Shown: positions 18,505 through 28,177, counted from the stretch's first letter. The stretch: DNA of 64,000 nt from Verrucomicrobiota bacterium (GCA_042565725.1 JBHORK010000001.1:4995-68994), one strand, 5' to 3'. Numbers and translations: made by a program. The notes: generated from the sequence alone by a model not told the origin.

Positions 18505-18864
18505 ATGAAAAAGAAGAAATTAGGTTTCACTCTTGTTGAAATCATGATCGTTGTAGCGATTATCGGCCTTTTGGCTGCTATTGCTATTCCTTCATTTGTG
18601 AAGGCACGTAATACGTCTGTCCAGAATGCTTGTATAAACAACCTTCGTCAGGTTGATTCAGGAAAAGAACAGGCAGCTATGACATATAGATGGCCTGATG
18701 ATCAGTCGACCGACGCTGGTACGTACAGATCCAATGTGAACAGTTACATTAAGGGTGGTGAGCATAATTGCCCTGGTGATAATAGCACATACACCTATGG
18801 CAACATAGGCGTCAACCCTGTATGTTCGTTCAGCGGAACGTCTACATCGCACGTGCTTCAATAA
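18505..18864 (+). CDS. pilA: Type IV pilin (probable major pilin)
   Basis: Prepilin site G|FTLVEIMIVVAIIGLLAAIAIP, strong AAGGAGG RBS, its own promoter and terminator. Confidence 0.9.
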   Translation: MKKKKLGFTLVEIMIVVAIIGLLAAIAIPSFVKARNTSVQNACINNLRQVDSGKEQAAMTYRWPDDQSTDAGTYRSNVNSYIKGGEHNCPGDNSTYTYGNIGVNPVCSFSGTSTSHVLQ

Positions 18865-18879
18865 TAGTCAACATTGAAC

Positions 18880-18917
18880 AAAAAAAACAACCCCGCCGCA
18901 AGCGGGGTTGTTTTTTT
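18880..18917. terminator. Bidirectional intrinsic terminator
   Basis: A-tract, ACAACCCCGC-CGCAA-GCGGGGTTGT hairpin, T-tract, between convergent genes. Confidence 0.9.
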
Positions 18918-18945
18918 ATTACATATATTTCTATTTCAGTGTCGA

Positions 18946-20961
18946 CTATCTAATCGATGCAGATAATCGAAATGCCTTACCGGTGCGATAAAGATTAAGC
19001 CTCTTCTCAATCTCTATCCTCAATTCAATATCCTGTTCCGTTGCAAGGCGTAAAGCCTTTTCCCCTATTATAATGGCTCGCTCATATTCGCCAACCTCCG
19101 CCAGTACTGCTGCCTTAACATCCAGTATTCTCGCATTCTCTTCTACAGGGATTACATTTTCAATCTTGCCAATCAATTCAACTGCACGTCTGCCGTTTCT
19201 GTGCTCATCCATTGGGCATGTTGCCAATAACCAGGCAAGCTGTATTTTTGCGTCTATCGAAACGGGCCGAAACATTAATGCTTTCTCGTAATGCCCGATT
19301 GCCCTGGAATAATTCCCTTTAGACGCATTTAAAGCCGCTATACAGTAATGAGTTGTACCATGACGAGTTGTGCCGTCGCCCTGGTGCTCTTTAAGAGCTT
19401 CCGACCATTCTATTAAAGCTTCGTCCGGCCTACCCGTGTCTCGTAAAACTATTCCAAGATTGTTTTTGGCCTCAACATAGTTTGGCGCAATTCTTACTGC
19501 TTCACGGAACTCTTTCTCTGCATCGGTATATGCATTTTCCGTCACCCTTATTATGCCAATGGCATTTCTGGTCTTTGCGTATAAAGTGTGATGTACTCCC
19601 CGGCTTTCTTGATCAATGTTGTCAGGCAAAAGCACAAGAAGCCTGTTGAACAGATCTTCAGCTTCCTGGACAGAACCTTTCTTAGCCAATTCCAATCCCA
19701 GGGCAAAATACGGCCTGGGGTTTTGTGGTCGTACTCTTATTGTCTGCCGCCACAACGTTTCGGGTGTTTGGTAATCCATGTTTCTCTTTACTGTCAGGGT
19801 TATCATGACGAAACAAACTGCCAGAGGTAAAACGCTCCTGAATACAATACGTTTACTTGTGTCTTTCGCTACTAAACCGCCAAACAGTTTTTCTTGAATA
19901 TGATGCGTTGTTATGGTTATCAAAACTATTATTGCCGCCAGTGGAAGATACATTCTGTGCTCAAACGCCGCATCTCTGATCGGGACAAAACTTGAAGTCG
20001 GGGCCAGAATTATAAAAAACCACATGCCGGGAAAACCTGAAGGCAGACGTTTTATTGCCGCTATAACAGCAGTAATAAACAGTATGCTTATAAATACGAC
20101 GGCGGGCAGAACATCGCTTATACCTTCTGCAATCTCCCATCCGTAATCAATGCAAAGAGGGTTTGGGGATACCGATAACTTTAAATAATGAGCTATCACT
20201 TCAAACTGTGTGAAGAAATAATTCATGCTCAATGCATGTGAAGCAGTTTGCGTTCTTAAAGCAACCCCGGCATGACCTATGAACAGCCAAACAGATGCAG
20301 CAGCCACGATTGCTATACCTGTCAACAGCCACCATTTTCTGTATAATTGTTTGCGAAGCGAACCTGCCAGGAAAATGTGATCATATAGAAAAATAATAAC
20401 CGGGGCTGTCATCATAACTTCTTTTGTGCTTATACCGGCAATAAAGGCCAGGAAGGCAGTGGAATACCACAATGTTTTACGAGAAGATTCATGGGCTCTG
20501 ATTATCGAATAAAGCACAAAGAGATAAAACATCCCCATCATTGATTCACTGCGTTGGCATATATATGTTACGCTTTCTGTCTGCAGAGGATGTATAACCC
20601 AGATCACTGCTGACATGAAAGCCAACCAGGAGGCAGAAGCACGGTATTTAGATTGAAAATACGACAGGCACAATGTACGCCGTACCGTGCCATAAAGCAG
20701 TAATCCTGCAATCAAATGAATGATAATATTAACTAAGCGGTACCCAAGTATATTAAATCCACTAAGCGCAAAATTCAGTTTAAAACTTAATTCAGCAAGA
20801 AACCTTGGATGCCAGGTTAATGGCATTAAACGATCAATGTATCTATTCTCGGTTATGATTACACTGTCATCAAAAACAAAGGATTTATCGAAACTGTTGG
20901 CATATGCCAGAATTCCGACGACAGCAATGACAAATGGCAGATATTTTTCAAGCCTTTTCAT
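18946..20961 (-). CDS. TMTC-like GT-C protein O-glycosyltransferase with TPR repeats
   Basis: FVFDD near the N-terminus, HPLQTESVTYI.QRSE, EHRMYLP, about 10 TM segments and C-terminal TPRs. Confidence 0.8.
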   Translation of the reverse strand: MKRLEKYLPFVIAVVGILAYANSFDKSFVFDDSVIITENRYIDRLMPLTWHPRFLAELSFKLNFALSGFNILGYRLVNIIIHLIAGLLLYGTVRRTLCLSYFQSKYRASASWLAFMSAVIWVIHPLQTESVTYICQRSESMMGMFYLFVLYSIIRAHESSRKTLWYSTAFLAFIAGISTKEVMMTAPVIIFLYDHIFLAGSLRKQLYRKWWLLTGIAIVAAASVWLFIGHAGVALRTQTASHALSMNYFFTQFEVIAHYLKLSVSPNPLCIDYGWEIAEGISDVLPAVVFISILFITAVIAAIKRLPSGFPGMWFFIILAPTSSFVPIRDAAFEHRMYLPLAAIIVLITITTHHIQEKLFGGLVAKDTSKRIVFRSVLPLAVCFVMITLTVKRNMDYQTPETLWRQTIRVRPQNPRPYFALGLELAKKGSVQEAEDLFNRLLVLLPDNIDQESRGVHHTLYAKTRNAIGIIRVTENAYTDAEKEFREAVRIAPNYVEAKNNLGIVLRDTGRPDEALIEWSEALKEHQGDGTTRHGTTHYCIAALNASKGNYSRAIGHYEKALMFRPVSIDAKIQLAWLLATCPMDEHRNGRRAVELIGKIENVIPVEENARILDVKAAVLAEVGEYERAIIIGEKALRLATEQDIELRIEIEKRLNLYRTGKAFRLSASIR

Positions 20962-21091
20962 GTTTACATGCTTCCATAACATATTTATCATACTACTTGG
21001 AAACAGATTTGTTATCGAGAGCTTTTTATGATGTAAGCCCTTTTTTGGGGGGGATGTTAAAAACTAAAAAGATGCAATTTGTTGTATTTCT

Positions 21092-21176
21092 TGGAGTACT
21101 GGAGTGCTGGAGTAATGATTAAATTAACAAAAGCTTTTTTTCCAATACTCCAATACTCCAGTACTCCATTACTTCA
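21092..21176. repeat. Inverted arrays of octamer repeats (TGGAGTAn / nTACTCCA)
   Basis: TGGAGTACTGGAGTGCTGGAGTAATG, a short spacer, then CCAATACTCCAATACTCCAGTACTCCATTACTTCA. Confidence 0.8.
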
Positions 21177-21301
21177 TGGGGTTAACAGATTTCTAGGCGT
21201 TTGATTTACATTGCTGTCATTAGTTAATTCAATAAGACAAATAGCTCTATAATTGTCCGAATATAATGCAAAAACAGTTCTACTAGTATATACTTCGTGT
21301 T

Positions 21302-22081
21302 ATGAATGAATCACCCCAAAAAAGAATTCTTGTGCTGATGCCTTGTTTGAATGAGGCAGAAAGCGTAAAGAATGTCATTCAATCAGTAAAAAAGCATCTT
21401 CCCTCCGCTGACATCATAGTTGTGGATGATGGTTCATCAGATGCGACTGGCTCTGTGGCACAATCTGCTGGCGCGAAAATATTGCGTCATGTCAGTGCGC
21501 ATGGGGTAGGGGCTGCACTTGAGACAGGATACCTTTATGCTCTCAGAAACAATTATGACGTTGTTCTGCAGTTGGATGGTGACGGTCAGCACCCGGCTGA
21601 CAAACTTCCCGATTTGCTTGAGCATCTCCTGAATGATTCCGCGGACATTGTGATCGGATCGAGATATCTGGACAAGGCAGATCGTTCCGAGACCGCAATA
21701 ATAAGGAAAGTCGGGCATAAATTATTTTCAGGCCTAATTTTTCTTGTAACAGGTCTGAAATTCACCGATCCAACCTCCGGATTTCGCGGTCTCAGTAAGC
21801 GGGCTCTAACTTTTTTTGCTGGCGGTGTTTTTCCGTGTGACTACCCGGACTCCGATGTTATTCTTATGGCGTATTTCTCGGGTCTTCGTATACGTGAGGT
21901 CTCCGTGATAATGTATCCGCGTTCAAAAGGTGCGTCTCAACATTCCGGAGTTATTAGGCCGATTTATTACGGAATGAAGATGATGCTGGCAATGCTGATG
22001 GTTCTGCTCAATTTGAATCTTTGGAAAAGATGGCGTAGAGAACATGCTTTGGAAAAATTAAACCCGGCAGAAAGGAATTGA
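21302..22081 (+). CDS. GT2 glycosyltransferase (polyprenol-phosphate sugar synthase-like)
   Basis: VVDDGSSDAT, LDGDGQH, IVIGSRY and DPTSGFR. Confidence 0.9.
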   Translation: MNESPQKRILVLMPCLNEAESVKNVIQSVKKHLPSADIIVVDDGSSDATGSVAQSAGAKILRHVSAHGVGAALETGYLYALRNNYDVVLQLDGDGQHPADKLPDLLEHLLNDSADIVIGSRYLDKADRSETAIIRKVGHKLFSGLIFLVTGLKFTDPTSGFRGLSKRALTFFAGGVFPCDYPDSDVILMAYFSGLRIREVSVIMYPRSKGASQHSGVIRPIYYGMKMMLAMLMVLLNLNLWKRWRREHALEKLNPAERN

Positions 22082-22085
22082 AGTT

Positions 22086-22460
22086 ATGGCTACAGCACTA
22101 TATCCCCGACAGTTTGTCGCATCAATTACATTGAGCATTATTCTCTTGGTGGTGATAATCAGACTTGTTCAGAAAGGAAGACTGGATATAGCATACTGCT
22201 GGTTGTGGTTAGGTATTGGGGTAGGGATACAATTAATAGTTTTGCGTTACGAGTGGCTTGTGCGCCTCTCGCGGCTTATAGGTGCAGTTGAAAACACAAC
22301 TACTCTTTTCCTGCTGGGATATTTTATTCTCCTTCTTATGTGTTTACAGTTTTCTATCGTAATATCGCTTCACCGCCGGCAGATCAAGCAGTTGTCTCAG
22401 CAATTGGCGATGCTTCGTGCTGAGACAGAGAAATCCAGTCCTAATAAGCAGGCCAACTAA
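22086..22460 (+). CDS. DUF2304-like small membrane protein
   Basis: Three TM segments plus a C-terminal IKQLSQQLAML coil; a typical partner of DPM-like GT2 enzymes. Confidence 0.8.
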   Translation: MATALYPRQFVASITLSIILLVVIIRLVQKGRLDIAYCWLWLGIGVGIQLIVLRYEWLVRLSRLIGAVENTTTLFLLGYFILLLMCLQFSIVISLHRRQIKQLSQQLAMLRAETEKSSPNKQAN

Positions 22461-22466
22461 CTATTC

Positions 22467-23531
22467 ATGAAAAACACTGGTCAAACGAAAGAGCCGGAAA
22501 ATGGCCCTCTGGTTTCCATAATAGTCCTTACTGTTAACGCAACCGGTTATCTGGAAAAGTGTCTTCACAGTCTGAGCGAACAGACGTATTCAAATATTGA
22601 GATTATTGTGGTAGATAACGGCTCAACCGAAGATATTGCCGGATTTTTAGAAAAAGAATTCCCCGCAGTGCATTGCGTTCGTATTGAAAAAAATATCGGA
22701 TTTGCTGGAGGAAACAATAAGGGCGTCAAAGTTGCAAAAGGAGAATATATTGCTCTGATCAATAACGATGCCGTTGCTGATGCCAACTGGATTATGGCAA
22801 TGGTTAAAACCGCAGAGACAGACAGCATGATTGGTGCGATAGCCTCGGCCGTTGTTGATGGGAAAAATCCTTCACTGCTTGATTCGTTTGGTATGGGTAT
22901 TGCGATTGACGGCATGTCGCGCCAGGCACGGCACGGATCACCGGTTTCCGATCTCTCTGCCCCCGAACGGGTTCTCGCAGTAAGCGGATGTGCGTGCCTG
23001 CTTCGCTCAAAAACCTTGAAAGAGACAGGACTGTTTGATGAACGTTTTTTTGCCTACTGCGAAGACACTGATTTGTCACTGCGCCTGTGTTGGGCAGGCT
23101 GGAAGATTATCGCGGAACCGCGTGCAAGGGTTGCCCATTACCATTCTCATACTGTCGGCAGATTTTCTGTTAAAAAGGTATTCTGGGTAGAAAGAAATCA
23201 CTATTGGGTAGCGCTTAAGAATTTTCCTTTCTTTTTGGTTTTCCTTATACCTTTAGTCACTTTATGGCGTTTGGTTATCCAGTTATATGTGTTGATAGCC
23301 GGGGAAAGGGCATTGACGGCTTTCGTCAAAACGGGAGGATTCTGTAAGGTTGGTCTGTCTGTTGTTGGAGCAAATCTGGTCGCGCTTTCAGGTGCCCCAT
23401 CCATGATAATGGCCGGGCTTTTTTCTGATTGCCCCAAACGCATCAGCACAGGAGAGATGATCAGGCTGTTGCTGAAATACAGGCTATCGGTCTATGAAAT
23501 CATTACAGGCAAAACAGCGAAGCGGGAATAA
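22467..23531 (+). CDS. GT2 glycosyltransferase
   Basis: VVDNGS, NIGFAGGNN, LINNDA and FDERFFAYCEDTDL. Confidence 0.9.
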   Translation: MKNTGQTKEPENGPLVSIIVLTVNATGYLEKCLHSLSEQTYSNIEIIVVDNGSTEDIAGFLEKEFPAVHCVRIEKNIGFAGGNNKGVKVAKGEYIALINNDAVADANWIMAMVKTAETDSMIGAIASAVVDGKNPSLLDSFGMGIAIDGMSRQARHGSPVSDLSAPERVLAVSGCACLLRSKTLKETGLFDERFFAYCEDTDLSLRLCWAGWKIIAEPRARVAHYHSHTVGRFSVKKVFWVERNHYWVALKNFPFFLVFLIPLVTLWRLVIQLYVLIAGERALTAFVKTGGFCKVGLSVVGANLVALSGAPSMIMAGLFSDCPKRISTGEMIRLLLKYRLSVYEIITGKTAKRE

Positions 23532-23652
23532 GAGGAAATTTGAAATTGGAAATTTGGCAAAGAGCCAGAGGGCTATGTGATAGGGGTAGGTAGTTATTTA
23601 AATTAGCCTTTGTATGGTTGGGCTGGCTTCCGCCGGGCGGCGGATGTAAACC

Positions 23653-23831
23653 GCAGGACGCATTTCGTTTTCTGATCCGCCGCAGGTCGAGAAGGATTCG
23701 AAAATTGGATCAGCAGATTGCCGCAGGACCAAGGCGTCGAAGGTTGAGCTGGATACGTATCCGCGAGATCTTCGAGAACGATGGGCATGAGGTGATATGC
23801 GGGTCCGATTTTCGAACGAAATGCGTACTGC
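23653..23831. mobile_element. MITE-like palindromic element related to the 6.3 kb and 25.1 kb elements
   Basis: Inverted ends GCAGGACGCATTTCGTT / AACGAAATGCGTACTGC, an inner IR, and a central 47-nt hairpin with the same GGCGTC..GCTG..CCGC..GAGAAC scaffold. Confidence 0.65.
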
Positions 23832-23879
23832 ATATTAAGAAAAAGCACTTAAAATGGAATTTTTTAGAACCGAGAAACC

Positions 23880-25046
23880 ATGGACGACAACAAAAAAATA
23901 ATCATTTGCGCGCCGCACGTGTGGAACACACCCTATAAGGTCGGCTGCCACCACTATACCAGGTGTTTCTCAGATAAAGGATGGGACGTTGCCTACTTGT
24001 CTGCGCCGATCAGCCCTTTCCATATTCTGTATTATTTATTTTCTTCCAGGCGAACCGGGATGCATATGCCGCAAAGATGTAATTCGTGGCGGAAGGGTGG
24101 GGAATATGCAGGCAAAGCATGGACTTATGTTCCTTTCGGTTTTATTCCCGTTGCTAACTGTTTCCCTTTTAACACGTCATGGGCAATCAGAAACGCGGGT
24201 AAAGCTCTTGTTCCCTCGTTAAAGAAAAAACTTAAACAAAAAGGTTTTGATCGAGCCGATGTCATATGGATTGACAGCCCGTTGTTCGGATATCTCCTTG
24301 ATATGATTCCTCATAAAAGAAGCGTTCTACGAGTGGCGGATAACCTTTCCGGCTTTCCGGAACTGGGCCGCAATGTCATTGAAGCCGAAAATAAACTGGC
24401 AGGACAAGTGGATGTTGTTGCTGTGACTTCGGCATTGCTTGAAAAACAGGTCGCGGAAGCTGGAGCCCGGGAAATTGTTAGACTCCCTAATGGTGTTGAT
24501 TTTGGTTGTTTCGCAAACGATACGCATCCGGAACCTGTGGATATAACCTCAATTCCCCGCCCCAGGGCAGTTTATGTCGGTTCCATTGAGCGGTGGTTTG
24601 ATGATAGTTTGCTTACATACGCCGCTCAGCACCGAAGTAATATCTCGTTTGTTATAATAGGACCCCATAAAAAGGACTCTTTCCCCGAACTGGAACGTCT
24701 CCCAAACGTTTATTTTCTGGGAAAACGGGAGCATAAGCAAATACCCGCATACCTCAAACATTCAGATGTAGGATTAATCCCTTTTAAGAAGTTGCCCCGC
24801 ATCGATTACGCAAACCCGATTAAACTCTACGAATATATGGCTGGCAGCCTGCCGGTCGTCTCTACAATACATACAACCCTCAAAGAACTTGGCTCGCCGG
24901 CATTATTCGCTGAGACTGAAGAGAGCTTCGTGAATAAGCTGGATGAAGCTTTACGGAACGCTTCATCCCTGAAAGAAGAAAGCCTCAAATTCGCGAAAGA
25001 AAACACATGGGCAAAACGGGTTGAAATAATTAATCAATATCTATGA
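23880..25046 (+). CDS. GT-B (GT4-like, TuaH-type) glycosyltransferase
   Basis: LPNGVDF, YVGSIERWFD and NPIKLYEYMAGSLPVVST. Confidence 0.9.
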   Translation: MDDNKKIIICAPHVWNTPYKVGCHHYTRCFSDKGWDVAYLSAPISPFHILYYLFSSRRTGMHMPQRCNSWRKGGEYAGKAWTYVPFGFIPVANCFPFNTSWAIRNAGKALVPSLKKKLKQKGFDRADVIWIDSPLFGYLLDMIPHKRSVLRVADNLSGFPELGRNVIEAENKLAGQVDVVAVTSALLEKQVAEAGAREIVRLPNGVDFGCFANDTHPEPVDITSIPRPRAVYVGSIERWFDDSLLTYAAQHRSNISFVIIGPHKKDSFPELERLPNVYFLGKREHKQIPAYLKHSDVGLIPFKKLPRIDYANPIKLYEYMAGSLPVVSTIHTTLKELGSPALFAETEESFVNKLDEALRNASSLKEESLKFAKENTWAKRVEIINQYL

Positions 25047-25082
25047 CCCGACCGTTGCTACATTAGCTTTCTTCTGCTACGA

Positions 25083-25346
25083 TTAGCCTGAATATTGCAC
25101 GAACAAAACAGAATGTTTAATAAAAATGGAATAAATACAGGGTGGCATAAAAATTCTCTAAAGAAATAACAAAATACAAATTGTAATCTTTAGTTTTTGG
25201 AGGGAATATTCTGTTTTGTTCGCCTGTTGGGTGAGCCCACAGCACAGAATCACCTTTGTTCTCAAGGGTAACGCGGTATGTTATACAGCATTACCCTTGA
25301 CGCCGCGGCGATTCCGCACTGTGAACTCATGCAATGATCAGGTTAG
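25083..25346. mobile_element. MITE-like non-autonomous element, copy 2
   Basis: Near-duplicate of 6309..6570. Inverted ends CCTGAATATTGCA / TGCAATGATCAGG, flanked by a TTAG direct repeat. Confidence 0.85.
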
Positions 25347-25350
25347 TCAT

Positions 25351-26226
25351 ATGAAATTGCTTAGTATAATTATTCCGATCCACAATGCTGAAAATTCTAT
25401 CGGGCGTACCTTGCAGTCTTTGGACAGGATGGCTGTAAGGTCAAAAAACAGTTGTGAGCTTATTATTGTTGACGACGGTTCAACGGACAATAGCACGCAG
25501 GTCGTTGATGAAAAACAATCCGAACTGGACGATTTTGATATCAAACTGTTTGCGCAGGAGAATAAAGGGAGCGGGAGCGCGCGAAATGCGGCTTTAAATA
25601 AATGCGAGGGAACATGGATACTCTTTCTTGATGCCGACGATGAACTGTTTTCCGACCCCGTTCCTGTTCTTGAGCAATATCCCGATTCCTCCTGTATTGG
25701 GTTTTCCGTTAACTTATATAAAGATCCGCGGCACAGAACAGTGGTTCTTCCGACTCGTGTTACACAGCGGAACTATCTCCGCGTTTTTACGTCCAGGAAC
25801 CCTTTCGCAATCTCAAGTCTCATTTTTAAAAAGGACCGAATTACAACAATGTTCGATGAGAATTTCATGTATCTGGAGGATTGGCTGTTCTGGGTTATGA
25901 ACCCTGATATTTTCAAGGAAATGGAAATGTGTTCCGCCCGCATGATTGCGAACATTCATTGGCATCCTGACAACAAAACATCCAACGAGCTTTTACATGG
26001 CAAATACAGGCAAAAAGCCGCTGAAACAATGATGGATTATTTCGGTGATAAGCTTGATCCCAAACAGAAAAATAATCTGCGGATCCAGGCTGATATAGGA
26101 AGGATTCAGCAGGGCGGAAGAACTCTTGGGGCTTTGCTCCCGAAAATCCCCTGTAACATGACTTTATACGCAAAGTTAATTATGTACTATTTAAAACTGG
26201 CTCGACCATTCCAGCCATTTAAATAG
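25351..26226 (+). CDS. GT2 glycosyltransferase
   Basis: True start is MKLLSIIIP at 25351; the ORF-track extension is MITE sequence. Motifs VDDGSTD and FLDADD. Confidence 0.88.
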   Translation: MKLLSIIIPIHNAENSIGRTLQSLDRMAVRSKNSCELIIVDDGSTDNSTQVVDEKQSELDDFDIKLFAQENKGSGSARNAALNKCEGTWILFLDADDELFSDPVPVLEQYPDSSCIGFSVNLYKDPRHRTVVLPTRVTQRNYLRVFTSRNPFAISSLIFKKDRITTMFDENFMYLEDWLFWVMNPDIFKEMEMCSARMIANIHWHPDNKTSNELLHGKYRQKAAETMMDYFGDKLDPKQKNNLRIQADIGRIQQGGRTLGALLPKIPCNMTLYAKLIMYYLKLARPFQPFK

Positions 26227-26240
26227 AAAGCGAAAAAAAG

Positions 26241-27227
26241 ATGTATTTACTGATTGGTCCATATCCGCCGCCGCTTGGCGGTATAAGCGTCTTTATTAAA
26301 AGATACCAAAGAGCCCTTGCAGTAAAGGATATCCCGGTCGAGATAGTCAACTTTACCGCGATGACAAGTATCCGGAAACTCGGGTTCATGTTCAAAATTG
26401 TTTTCTCACCGTATCCTTATACCTTCCATCTTAACGCATTTTATTTCCTCGTCATGACCGCGCTCCTGCTGCGCCCATGGCGCGGAAGAATAATCTTTCA
26501 CAATCATTCGACAAGGACTTTGGATGATTTTGACGCTAAACGGAGAATGGTTTTCAAATGGTTTATTCGCAAAACTGATGAAATTATTTTTGTCGGTTCG
26601 CACCTGGTTGACGATTACAAACGTCATGGTTTCTGTCTCCCGGACAATATAACGATCAAAAATTCATTTCTGCCGCCACCGTCGGAAGATGAGCCGGGCA
26701 TACGTCAAAAACATTCAAATGATACCGTTGATTTTGTAAAGAATCACAAGCCGCTTATAATAGCCAACGCGTCACGTTTGACCTTCTATAAAGGTGTGGA
26801 CTTGTACGGACTGGATATGTGCGTAGAGTTGGTCGCTAAATTGAAACCGCAGTTTCCGGGGATAGGCCTGCTTTTCGCGCTTGTTGAAGTTCAGGATGAA
26901 GATTATTTTGAAAGAATCAAAAAACGAATAAATGAACTCAAGATTTCGAACAATTTTTACTTCATGACGGGAGACTATGAGCTCTGGCCGTTATTCAAGG
27001 ATGCCGACTTAATGATAAGGCCAACTTCAAGCGATGGCTACGGTATAAGCGTAGACGAAGCCCTGAGTCAGGGTTGTCCTTCAATAGCAAGTGATGTGTG
27101 TGGACGGGCAGAAGGCGCGATTACGTTCAGGTCCCTGGACCTTGCCGATCTGCACCAGAAATGTACGAATGTTTTGGCCGATACCGCTCTGGAGGATCAC
27201 CATAGATCGCAACAAGCAGGGGAATAA
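26241..27227 (+). CDS. GT4-like glycosyltransferase
   Basis: IGPYPPPLGGIS and RPTSSDGYGISVDEAL...IASDV. Confidence 0.85.
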   Translation: MYLLIGPYPPPLGGISVFIKRYQRALAVKDIPVEIVNFTAMTSIRKLGFMFKIVFSPYPYTFHLNAFYFLVMTALLLRPWRGRIIFHNHSTRTLDDFDAKRRMVFKWFIRKTDEIIFVGSHLVDDYKRHGFCLPDNITIKNSFLPPPSEDEPGIRQKHSNDTVDFVKNHKPLIIANASRLTFYKGVDLYGLDMCVELVAKLKPQFPGIGLLFALVEVQDEDYFERIKKRINELKISNNFYFMTGDYELWPLFKDADLMIRPTSSDGYGISVDEALSQGCPSIASDVCGRAEGAITFRSLDLADLHQKCTNVLADTALEDHHRSQQAGE

Positions 27228-28149
27228 TTATCCGCCGCGTCAATAGCGCGCCAAGTCCATGCGGTAAAGATGCGGCAAATGCAATAAACAGTCTTTTAGC
27301 AAACGGCAAATGCTTTGCGCAGTGTTTTGTCTTGATTCTCCAGCCGGACTCGATTTCTTCGTCGAAATTAAGCACAATGTAATGTCCAATAAAGCTATAG
27401 AGTTTTCTGCGTACATTTTTCAAAATCGCCGGGCTGATTTTTTCGTCATAGCCCAGCGCCCGATCAATGACTATCATGGCGCATGCCGACTGTATACGCG
27501 AAATGCTCAGGCTGTCCTCGCGTAATCGTAACTTTGTGCATGTTTTTTTTATGCAGGCAAGCGGTCGTTTTCTTGACACTTTCATCCACAAATCCCAATC
27601 AGCTGAACTTCGTAAAGACACATCGTACCCGCCGGCTTCTTCAAAACATTTTCGCCGAATCATAGAGGCAGGATCAGCCATGAAGTTTTTGTTTAGCAAT
27701 TTCTCGAAAGCATTTTCGAAGATCACCCAATCCTTTTCGTCGAACCGAATACCGCGCTCCTGAAAATAATCAATAGATTCCCTCCCTTCAATTAACATGT
27801 TTCCGCTCACTGCAGCAACTTCTGGATGATTTTTCATGAATTCTGTTTGAGCCCCAAGACGGCCTGGAAGCATAATATCGTCCGAGTCATGAAAGGCAAT
27901 CAAGTCACTTTGAGCAATCTCCATACCGCGCGTTCTTGCCGCACTGAAACCAGCGTTCGTCTGATATTCTGAAACGATACGACCTTTATAGCGTTGCAAA
28001 ACCTTCTGCGTATCGTCGGTTGAACCGTCATCCACTACAATTACCTCGAAACCATCAAAATCCTGCGCCAGAACAGAATCAATGGATTCAGCTGTTAACC
28101 CGGCTCGATTATACGTTGGAATAACTACACTGACTTTTGGCTCTAACAT
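27127..28149 (-). CDS. GT2 glycosyltransferase
   Basis: VSVVIPTYNR, VVDDGSTDDT, FHDSDD and DWDLW. Confidence 0.9.
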   Translation of the reverse strand: MLEPKVSVVIPTYNRAGLTAESIDSVLAQDFDGFEVIVVDDGSTDDTQKVLQRYKGRIVSEYQTNAGFSAARTRGMEIAQSDLIAFHDSDDIMLPGRLGAQTEFMKNHPEVAAVSGNMLIEGRESIDYFQERGIRFDEKDWVIFENAFEKLLNKNFMADPASMIRRKCFEEAGGYDVSLRSSADWDLWMKVSRKRPLACIKKTCTKLRLREDSLSISRIQSACAMIVIDRALGYDEKISPAILKNVRRKLYSFIGHYIVLNFDEEIESGWRIKTKHCAKHLPFAKRLFIAFAASLPHGLGALLTRRIIIPLLVAIYGDPPERYRPKHSYISGADRQGPGT

Positions 28150-28177
28150 TCTTTAATTACTCCATTACTCCCATACG

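Noticed and set aside
18505-18864. Conductive e-pilin
   Set aside because: The mature pilin is about 112 aa with a Cys-containing globular domain, not the short Geobacter type; conductivity cannot be supported from sequence.
21092-21176. CRISPR array interpretation of the short repeats
   Set aside because: Units are 6-9 bp with no unique spacers, and there are no cas genes.
23618-23938. 106-aa plus-strand ORF (and the 81-aa minus-strand ORF at 23603)
   Set aside because: Both lie over the palindromic element and have no protein-like features.
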